A stretch of DNA of 64,000 nt from Ylistrum balloti (taxonomy: Eukaryota): positions 248,001 through 312,000 of the forward strand of contig NW_026782742.1 in the NCBI RefSeq assembly GCF_031769215.1. The letters run 5' to 3'. Of this stretch, positions 50,201-61,692 are shown piece by piece (position 1 is the stretch's first letter; the number at the start of each line of letters is the position of its first letter). Below the pieces are notes generated by a model. That model searched no databases, was not told where the DNA came from, and saw only the letters and a program-made list of their open reading frames with translations. The position numbers and the translations under genes were made by a program.

Positions 50201-53200
50201 TATGTAAATAAAATTTACAATAATAATTCGTTTTATCGTTCTTATTATGATTATTCAACTGAATATATGATTAATCGGTTTTGAGAAGTAGTTTTCCAAT
50301 ATGGATCTGATAAATGTGAAAATAAAAACCCTGTAAAGGAAATGCTGTAAACTATGTTTGTAATCGTGATATAATGTGTGATGTTATTAGGAACGGTGAA
50401 TTATATCTTATGTCACCGGTGTGTGTATATCCCTGGTAAGTATTACAATGTATGTTGATACGCCAGGTATATACTGGTCACGTGTGTCAAACTACGTTAA
50501 TAAGATATGCTAGCCTTTTGGCTGTAATTCTGAGGGCGATAATCAATCTAATTTCAAATCCGATTGGCTTGACAAATAGAAATTTATTGATATTCGATAA
50601 CATATTAGCAAGTTATTATATTATACTTGTGTTAAGTAATACTTGGACGAGGTATAATATATCTAAAAAGAACCCGTGTCGAGAACAGGGACCGGAAATT
50701 CTCTTTTGTTAGAAACGATAATAATCGGTATGGACTTAATTTTAAATGTTAGTGAATCCGAATTTTTCTGCACATATTTGTCCTGATCAATATAAACTTA
50801 TTCAATTCATTCATTATATTAAGCAATTTACAGTAGCCATCTAAACATATCAAATGAATAAAATACGGAAACAAGTGTTGAAACAGTTATATTAATCCGC
50901 TTCAAGATATTAACTCGTTAAATTTGACGAGGCAAGGTGTAAACAGTCTAGACTCAGCAAAAATGTGCCGGGCTAATTAGGACTGAGGAGAATTGGAAAA
51001 GAAAGGGATACGGTAGGTTGAGGAGGAGGAGGAGGAGAGAGGAGGAGGAGAAGGAGGAGAGAGGAGGAGGAGGAGGAAGAAGAAGAAGAGGAGGAGGAGG
51101 AAGGAGAGGAGTTTCCCGTCATGCCAAAAGAACAAAATTTCAGAAAATCAATGCACACAGACATAAACGGCAGAATCTGCGAGAACGTGAAAAGAATATT
51201 AGCAATATGTATTGCAAAAGTCCGGAAAATGTGGTATTATCGCCGATCGTAAATATATTTAAAAACAGACCGGATGAATATTGGCAAAATCAGGAACTCC
51301 TCTATAATTATAGATCTCAGATACATTAACAGGTAACGTCGCGTTCACTTTCATTTGAATTTTTATGTCATGTTTTTGAGTCCGATAAAGAGGATATTAT
51401 AAGATCCTGTATCGGTTAATAAACTTAACTTAATACTATCCTGATTATACTGTGGCCTGATTCGCGTGTAGAACGTGTTTTCTTCGCGTGCGTATACAAT
51501 GTAAAAATCGGTGCGCGTTATCAAGGCCAATAAATAGTATGAGTTTAAAAGAGGTTTCTTGTCTGTTTTTAAATAAATCAAAATATATCAATTATATTTA
51601 TTTGAGCACGCAAAAATAAATGGGAAAAAATCGTAAGTGAAAATCTAAAAAATGGTGATTAAAATTACTATGGATTGAAGTTTGAAAATGAAATTGTGAA
51701 ATGGATATTTCTTGTTTCTTCAAGTTTAGTTTGTGTGTTTGTTTTTGTCATCTTTTTAAATTTTATATTTCAACATGTGATGGAGTACCGGGTTAATCAT
51801 AACTGTTTGTCTCTCGAAATGTCTATTCCACTTTACCGTTTAAATAAGCAAGGCCAGTATCAGTCTTTGAACACCAGCCTCCAATAAAGACGCTATCAAA
51901 CTTCCAATGACGTATTCTTTATATATAATTGTATCACTATGACAACATTTATAATCATGGTATTTCATTGTCTATCATATGTCATGAAATAATTTGTTAA
52001 AGATAGTTTTCTTCCGTTGTCTGTGTAAGCGACCCGCCCCCCTCCCCACCCTGACCCCTTTCCTCATCACTACCTTTTATCCGGATATTTATCCTGTTCG
52101 ACTATTATAATATGTTTCCACTTGATTAAAACATGATAACGTTAAATTGGCGGTAGCACTGATCAATATCTCATTTAAATGAGGATCCATAAGGGTGAGA
52201 CACAAATCCTCATCAGAATTAAGGACAAAAACTAAACATGAAATTATATATATTCAAAATTCAAGAAGAATAGAAAATATACCTTGAAAATAGGGAAACT
52301 GATTTCAAATGTTTAAAAAAAATATCATCTTTCGGATTCAAGGTTTTAAACATTTTATTTATAATCATTATTTTCTAAATGAACAGAATTCCCTTTTCTT
52401 CCCTCATTCGTAAACCACACAATCTAATTCGCGTGGTGTATCTGTCGGGGATCACTGTCAAATTGTTTACAGTGTTTTCCAAACGAGAGTATTTTACCTC
52501 ATTAGTGAAAATGTCTAATACTTCAGATCAATTTGCATTTTAATTCCACAATAGGGATATTCTTCTCGACAATTCATCCCTGTGAACCCAAAAGAGGATT
52601 AGTTAAAATTGTTTTGTCCTATTACTATGTCGGAAACTTTCCATCACTGTCCCAATTTATAAAATTATCAAGTGTGTTAGTGGCGGCTACTGGCTTCCTG
52701 CAGCGCCACCTGTGTGTCTGTATCTCCTATCAGGGGCTACTAATCTACCCCTTTGTGTCACAAAACAAGGACCGCTAATCTGTCCCTAGAGGCATAAACT
52801 TTCCAGTTGTGTTCGAGTTGCCGAAAATTCATACGTTTACAAGTTTGTATTCTATGAATTAAGTAACAAGTTTTAAAGTTGTATATGAAAAAAACCCGCA
52901 AACACGTGTTTCTTTGTTTTACCGTTATTCATGAGATTCTAAATTTTTATTATATTTTACACATACATCTGTTATATATCCTTATAATCACATTGATGAA
53001 ATGGAAATTATAAATATGTTAACTGACTTAATCCGCCTACAAATACTTTAATGATAACGATATGTCATACTGTTTATGGTAACCCCGACTCTTATCCATA
53101 ATTCTTTTGAGTGTGAAACTGATTTCCAAAAAAAAAAAAAAAAAAATCAAAAACTTCTGTAAGGGACAAAACATCAACCATACAATGGTATCCTTTGTAA

Positions 53201-56200
53201 TATCATCATTACCGAATTACAATAAGTTCACCAAACGAAGTAGAGAACGCGTTGCTTTTTCAGTATTCTTCCAGAAGTTTCTGGCACTTTTCTTGAAAAT
53301 ATATCTGTCGAATTCGAAAGAAACTTTACATGAGAAGAGAGGATCATGTGTCGCTTTATTATTTTTGTTTCTTTTCTTTCTCTTTTATAATTATCATTTT
53401 TTTCTCATGGTCATCAAGATGCCAGAATGTTGAGCTGATTAAAACATAATTGGTTATAACCGAAAAACCGTTCGAATTGCAATCCGGCGATGTGTACATC
53501 ACTGGTTGTGTGTGCGTGTACTGTAAACCAATATATTTTAGTGGGCTCAAATTTCGTGGTTTTTTATCTTTATTTTTTTTTCAACACTTGATTTTGTGGA
53601 TTGCTAAATAAACCTACTTATACATAATCTTGGACTAAGAGTACCTATGAAATCAAACAAATCCCCACGAAAATTAATGTTTATACAGTATATGAAGTGC
53701 AATGACGCTGTCGTGTTGTTGATGTGTATTGTGAAGGAGAATGCTTCAAAACGTTGATACAACCTGTGCCAATCCTCCTGATTAAATTTTGGAAGCAAAA
53801 TATGTTTACACTCAACAATTTAAAAATGCTCAAGAACGACAACTCTAGTAATTAATGATGAGGACAAATATACCATGTTATTGTGTGTTATTATAAATTG
53901 ATTTTATCCTTACAATATCTATACGGTTCTTTATAACAAGAATTTTTTAACGAACCTGGACTCTGGCCTCTGTCAGTTCTACTTTCTCGGCGATCTGTTC
54001 TCGGAGCGTACAATCCGGATAGTGAGTATGTGTGAACACCGCTTCTAGCTCCCGGAGCTGGTCCGCCGTAAATGTCGTCCGGTTTCGTCTCTGCTTTTTC
54101 AAAGAAGCAGATAAATCGTCATCTGCATCCCCATCACAGTCAACCTCATTATCATATCCTGAATAAAATAAATGTTGATTTAACCTCATCTCCCTCCATT
54201 ATATTTTCTACAAAAATATACTGAAACATTTATTGTTTAATATGCACACATTATTTTAACCAGAAACACCTACGAATGATACAATAATGCATGATAATGA
54301 GGATTCGGCGAAAAGTACAAATATGTTATTATCACATTTGTTTTCCAGTAAATTCGACCATATTTATTTTTTTTACAATTTCCGCATTAGTGAAATACAC
54401 CCCCAGAACGTTTTTCATTGGCTAAGCCAGCCAAAAATCGATTGTGATGTCATAATACGGACTGAATAACATGGATTCGAAATGTTGCTACCTTATTTGT
54501 CTTGAACATTTTTTTACTTTAGAATCTGTCAGTATGTAACTTTGCTGAGTTATGTGATGAAAAATGTGTCTTAATATATTTGTTTTAATTTAATAAGAGA
54601 TTTTCTGAAATTTGTCTTCCATTTTTAGCTTGCCAAAGCTCGAAAAATAAAAGTTCTAGACTTCCTTGATTTAAACATATTTATTGCCCCAAAATTGAGC
54701 AGAGGATTAGGCACAAGTTATTTCAACTTATGACCGCCTTTTACTCTAATACAATACATGATAAATATTTACATGATAACATTAACAAGGCATACATAAT
54801 ATATTCAACATTTAGTACATTTTACTTAAAATCTGTTGCTGGATTTGATAAAAATTTGCACGTGTCTGAATACTTCTGTATTTGTGGTTAGGGACAGATT
54901 TTCATTTCCAAATAAAAATAGATGTAAATTCACTTGATCTAAGTTCAACATGTTTATACTTTGAAAAAATGATATTCTTACCCTATCATAAAGCTTACAT
55001 TCCAGGAAAAAGTGCGCAAAAAAGACTTCCTTCATAAAAATTCATATAAAAAACTCATTTAATGTCATATATATATATCTTTTGAAATCGACGTTATCAG
55101 CTCCTTTTTACACTATTAAAACATGATTTTATTAAAAAATATATATAAAAATAGAATTTGTGAGAACTTAATTTCATTAAGAGAAAAGGAAAAAGATGAA
55201 GAAAAAATAATTCCTGGGTTGAAAACAAGGCGGTTTAAGTTGTATCATGTTCCATCAATGTATAATGAAGTAATATCATTTTAATGTATCCGGGGTTTTG
55301 AAAAAAAAAAAAAAAACATTTCGTCTAAGGCGATTTAATCATTACACAAGTCTGTGGTACTATACTTTATGAAGTTGCTGTTCAAAATGAATTTAGAAAA
55401 AAAATTCATAAAAATACAAATGATGAAGTATTTGTTCATCAATTTCCGTATAATGTGATCGACTTTAATATATAAGATATTGTAAATCTTTTCATAAATT
55501 ATAAATAAAAAATAAAGATATTTACAGCGAAACGCGGTATCAAATAACCACAATATCAAAATCATAAATAATTCTGCTTTTCGTTTTACGATGAAATTAT
55601 AGACATTTATCTTTAAAAAAGGAAGAAAAAGAAACAAGAAAATTTTATGAAATTAATATTCCATCCTCAGTCACACTTAGTATGAACCGTTATCTGGTTG
55701 TCCTCGACACACAGACTGTTTCCGCAGAGCTCTCTATTACAGAAAGATAGCGTATAAATTACGATATCAAAAGTTCTGATCATTAAAATATATTGCATGT
55801 CCATAGTTTCAACGTGTCAAAGTTTTACAAATTATCACTTGTTAAAGTTGATAAATTCTGAGTGAAAAAAAGAATGTTTCAACTGGTATATAAAACAATC
55901 TCGTCAACTCATTCAGAATATACACACATTTAGAAAAATCGACACGATTATATCAATTTGTTTTAGATATGTGTATTTAAAGTTATTGAATTTTCAAGGT
56001 TTTTGGTTGAAAACCAGTGAAATTTAACATTTTGTAGCACATGTAAATTATCAAAACTGATTAACATTGTCTAGATCAATTTGATTTATAAAATTTACAT
56101 AATTTTGTATCAATATAGAGTAAATATAGAAATTATGCATAAATATTAAAATTTTATTTTCGTTTTGACATGAAAATTCTCAAAGCTTTATTACATTAAT

Positions 56201-56978
56201 CCAATGTACATTCTTAGTTGCGTTATAATTTCATACATTTCTTCAGTGCTGAATTTTCCGCGAACATTGTGTTACAAAGTTTACATACAATTGAAGGAAA
56301 TGAAAATACATAGTCTATTAATTAGTTTCACTGATATAAAATCTCCGTCACAGTTGCCAGAATGCAACTGAAATTATTAAAGTTACAATGCATTGTTTGC
56401 ATATAGTTAATCTGTAAAGTTTCTATTACATTCTTTCAAAGAATATCTTCATTACAATTACCACGACTGTACTATTATTTTGAAAACTCGAGTCTTGTCC
56501 ACAAGCAAATCGATTACTTATTAAAATATCCACAAGGCATTTGAAAACATCCATGAATATTTTTTGGTATATAAACCATTGGAAATATTAGTAAGTTTTG
56601 CGAACTTTTAGATGATCTTGACTTTATTCTAATTGGATGCGTACATTAACAATATATGATTTAGTAGAACAACAATTCCAAGCAAATATTTTAAACAAAA
56701 TAAAAAAAATATACATTAAATATTGGTTGTTTAGACCCAAAATTCAAGACATGACGTGAGGGTATATTAAGAAATGTTAAAGTTTGATTTTGTCATATAA
56801 AACAATGTTAATATTTACCTCTGTCTGAGGAATCGTTGTCATTGTCATCCACCACATCTATTTCTTCATCGTCCGAACCTTGTTCTCTCTTCCTGGAAAC
56901 TTGTCCTAGTCTACAGATGGTTTCTGGATCGGGTTTGTACGTCAGATCTTCAGCGTCGCTATAGTCCTTCTCACTCAT
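47267..56978 (-). CDS. Paired-like (PRD class, Q50) homeobox transcription factor, ~269 aa, four exons
   Basis: Exons 56819-56978 (MSEKDY...EEIDVVDD...), 53956-54158, 47626-47878 and 47267-47460, all GT-AG and in frame. Homeodomain [46 protein letters not shown]|[14 protein letters not shown] with the typical PRD-class intron between codons 46 and 47. No paired domain or OAR motif seen. Confidence 0.95.
51018..51110. repeat. (GGA)n/(GAG)n purine-rich microsatellite in homeobox intron 2
   Basis: Direct reading; source of the poly-Ser and R/G/E ORFs. Confidence 0.95.
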
Positions 56979-58044
56979 TTTCAATTAATTTTATATAAAC
57001 TAACTTTTAATATTATAATAAAATAGTTCGATATTGAATAAATTATTACATCTATAATACAGTAATTTCCAGAAATGTTTTTCCACTTGGAATATTTTTT
57101 TAATGTCCTGTTCTTCACATTCCTAAAACAGTTGCAATCCTCATTCTTTAGAATTTGTTTTCAAAACAATTATTGTAATGGTTTCCGTTCAGAGCAAAAA
57201 CAATCCAGATTTCAAACTTTGTAAAATTCCATTTTTAGAATGGTGTAGTTTGTTCTAGTACTTCAAAGTTCCAATTTCGACTCCAGATTTCTTGAAAAGG
57301 CTTGCTTCTGATCGACAAGATGTGTAGTTTGCGCCCGTAAATGAGACGAAGATACTTGTGGACTATCTGTTACACTGTCTTAATTACCCTCTAATACCCC
57401 AGTATTTCTCTAGTTAACTTTATCCTTCATGTCTGTATTGTCCAAGGCGAACGAGATATTCCACTTCAAGTGAAAGGCTAAAGAGTATATTGAGACGAAC
57501 AATAGACACATCCCTGTAGGGGCGCGAAATCCTCTAAGCAGGATTAGACGCGAGAATCGTACATGATCCGCCCCCTTAATCCGATCGCTTCCACGCTTTT
57601 TATTATGAAATCATTCCCTAGTTAAAGAGTAAATGAGAAAGTTTCGCGCATCTTTATTGTTTGTATATCAATAACGTGTTTATTTGCCTCACGTTTAAAA
57701 CAACGTCAGGGAACTAAGATCTTGAACACGCTAACAAAAATGTGTAAGGTTCTCGCCTCTTGTTCTTAACTCGACTAAACAAAGCTAGCCTTTATGAATG
57801 AATCCCTCCATTACTACATCACTCCTTGAGCTGTGTCAATATAAAGTATATCGTCAATGTGTACCTTATCCTCCTTTTCTACTTACAACCTCCAGAACAA
57901 AAAACATCGATTTCCCAACATCACTTCACTATCATCGCTACACATCATTAACAATCCCTCCCAGAATAAAAACCTTAGGCGTATTCGTCACATGCTAATC
58001 TCTCCCAGCCTCACTAGACATTAATAACCCTCCCTCCCAGCAAT

Positions 58045-59830
58045 AAAACAGTCACACTACATACATCATCCCTACCCTCAATCTCACACTAACAATCGTC
58101 CCTCCCAAAATATCACATACACCACTACATACACCATCCCTACCCTCAATCTCACACTAACAATCGTCCCTATCAAAACATCACATACACCACTACATAC
58201 ACCATCCCTACCCTCAATCTCACACTAACAATCGTCCCTATCAAAACATTACATACACCATTACATACACCATCCCTACCCTCAATCTCACACTGACAAT
58301 CGTCCCTCCCAAAACATTACATACACCACTACATACACCATCCCTACCCTCAATCTCATACTACATGTAACAATCATCCCTCTTAAAACATCAAATACAC
58401 CACTACATACACCATCCCTACCCTCAATCTCACACTAACAATCGTCCCTATCAAAACATCACATAACCCCACTACATACACCATCCCTACCCTCAATCTC
58501 ACACTAACAATCGTCCCTATCAAAACATCACATACACCACCACATACACCATCCCTACCCTCAATCTCACACTAACAATCGTCCCTATCAAAACATTACA
58601 TAACCCCACTACATATCTATCCCTACCCTCAATCTCACACTAACAATCGTCCCTATCAAAACATCACATACACCACTACATACACCATCCCTACCCTCAA
58701 TCTAACACTAACAATCGTCCTTCCCTAAACATCACATAACCCCACTACATACACTATCCCTACCCTCAATCTCACACTAACAATCGTCCCTCTCAAAACA
58801 TCACATACACCACTACATACACCATCCCTACCCTCAATCTCACACTAACAACCGTCCCTATCAAAACATTACACATGCCACTACATACACCATCCCTACC
58901 CTCAATCTCACACTACAATCGTCCCTCTCAAAACATCACATACGCCACTACATACACCATCCCTACCCTCAATTTCACACTAACAATCGTCCCTCTTAAA
59001 ACATCACATACACCTTTACATACACCATCCCTACCCTCAATCTCACACTAACAATCGTCCCTATCAAAACATTACATACACCACTACATACACCATCCCT
59101 ACCCTCAATCTCACACTAACAATCGTCCCTATCAAAACATTACACATGCCACTACATACACCATCCCTACCCTCAATCTCACACTAACAATCGTCTCTCT
59201 CAAAACATCACATACACCACCACATACACCATCCCTACCCTCAATCTCACACTAACAATCGTCCCTATCAAAACATCACATAACCCCACTACATATCTAT
59301 CCCTACCCTCAATCTCACACTAACAATCGTCCCTATCAAAACATCACATGCACCACTACATACACCATCCCTACCCTCAATCTCACACTACAATCGTCCC
59401 TCTCAAAACATCACATGCATCACTACATACACCATCCCTACCCTCAAGCTTACACTAACAATCGTCCCTATCAAAACATCACATAACATACTCCATACAC
59501 CATCCCTACCCTCAATCTCACACTAACAATCGTCCCTATCAAAACATCACACACCCTACTACATACACCATCCCTACCCTCAATCTCACACTAACAATGG
59601 TCCCTCCCAAAACATTACATACACCACTACATACACCATCCCTACCCTCAATCTCACACTAGCAATGGTCCCTCCCAAAACATTACATACACCACTACAT
59701 ACACCATCCCTACCCTCAATCTCACACTAGCAATGGTCCCTCTCAAAACATCACATGCACCACTACATACACCACTCTACCCTCGATCTCACACTATATG
59801 TAACAATCGTCCCTCTTAAAACATCATAAA
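58045..59830. repeat. 68-bp minisatellite, ~26 copies
   Basis: Unit CACCACTACATACACCATCCCTACCCTCAATCTCACACTAACAATCGTCCCTATCAAAACATCACATA; period 68 (cctaccctc at 58071 and 58139). Confidence 0.97.
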
Positions 59831-61692
59831 CCCGACTATATACACTGTCACTGCGATTGCAAGCGGAATGAGGAGAGGGTAATGGAACAGAAATGTGTCG
59901 CCCCCTGTCTTATTTTCCTTCAGGTGTGTGACATTATATAAATTCACCTTTTCCTTCAATCAAATACATGTTCTATCAATTCTGTATACCTCGAAGAAGA
60001 AGAATAAATGCAAAGGCAAAGCCTAGACCGCAGGGTTAACAAAATTATTTCAATTTTGTCAAAACGTACACTTAAATTAAAATTATCTTCTTCATAAATT
60101 TCAAAATGAAATGAGATTCAGATCCTCTTCCTTACCTACTTCATTTCAAGCACTCAATCCGTGCTGTTCTTATCCACTTTTACCTAGATAGGTAAGTAAT
60201 AAAAAAGATGATGCAAATAACAGCAAAACAGTAGCAAACAGCAGAATCATCAAAACCAACCTGTCAGTTGCTATACTAAGAAAAAAACAGAATAAGGTAC
60301 AGAATGGTATGAAAACAAAAAAGATGACGTCTCACACTCCAAAGATGGTAACTGGATACTGGATATTTCACTCGATACTAAAAGTTAAGTCTAAATTCAT
60401 TCTTTTGTGAGTTGATTTCTCAGATTTAACAGCTCAACATTGCAATAACAAATTATTTTTGTTTTTACTACAGTCGAGCCATCGAATTATGGCGTTTTCA
60501 TGCAAAAATGATTGCGTTTTCATTTTCAGCAATTTGCAGCTATGTAAGAAAATAGTTTTCTGAGATTCGAAAAAAGTTTTGAATACTTAAGAATTTTGAG
60601 TATTGATACTAAAATGCTGTGTTGCTGTGCCGTCTTTTTGTGTGTGCTATGTTTCGTGAGTTTACCACTTCAGTATTAAGTAACGGCACTGAAGCTATCA
60701 TAACATTTACACAAATATACTCTCGACTAAAGAGTCGCGCAGAAAATATCATTTTACCTTTTTTGTTTAATTTTTAATCGATGTCGCAATTGTACTTCAG
60801 TCTCCGATCTAGCTGGAAATTAAAATATGTTCTCTTATGTCATTTCGTACTAATATAGCTCGTTGACGATGTACGAAGTTTATGACATCTTAATCCAATT
60901 AGAACGGAACGGAATGTTCGAGTCCGGTTAAATATTTAATGTCGACTTAAGTCCGACCTGGATTTTGCCGCCAAATGAACTTCCATACGCTTAGTTGAAG
61001 GGACATAACTCTGTCTCCGTATCTATGTATCCCATGATGCTCATCGTGTTGTAGCAGACGCCAAGTGTAAACATCGGCGAAGCTGATTTGTTGACAAAAG
61101 ACCTGTGGAAGATTTGAATTGTTTCAGCTTGAGGTATGTTATACAAAACGGATGACGTGTCCTTTTAGACTGAAAATCATATTCCCAGACTTTTGATTCA
61201 GACCAGCCGATTCATTGATGATGGTGTGTAAATACGGTAGGCCTATTTTTTGTGGTAAGGCCATCAACGGACAGTCATTCAAAGGCATGTTGAAATTATA
61301 GTGCAGGAAAAATGCTATGATTTTTGACAACCTATATTGGAATCTTTTGTCACTGAGGGTATTTTTTCCAGGTAAACTGAACAGCTATCCTTAAGATGTG
61401 ACGTCACATTGTCAAGTTGTCGGTTTCATATAATTTAAAAATTGAGGTAGGGTTCATCATTCTTTATGCTTCCCTTTGTAACTGTCTATGTATTCTAATG
61501 AATAACATCTTTAAGACATTTTGCTATTTACACAAAACCGGATTCATGTGTATTTTGTACTCAAACGTACTAATATTTAGTAGACCTAATGGGATCTCCC
61601 AAATCTCTCTACTAAATGAAGAGGATTTAAATGAAATATTTTCTTGTCGTTTCTTTATTTCACAGGATAACAAGTACTGCACAGCTGAACAA

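Noticed and set aside
50973-51329. Poly-Ser and R/G/E-rich ORFs
   Set aside because: Translations of the (GGA)n microsatellite.
47900-57600. Apparent enrichment of K50/Otx sites (TAATCC/GGATTA) in the homeobox locus, including a pair at 57541 and 57577
   Set aside because: About nine sites counted by eye in ~10 kb versus roughly seven expected at about one-third GC; not convincing without conservation data.
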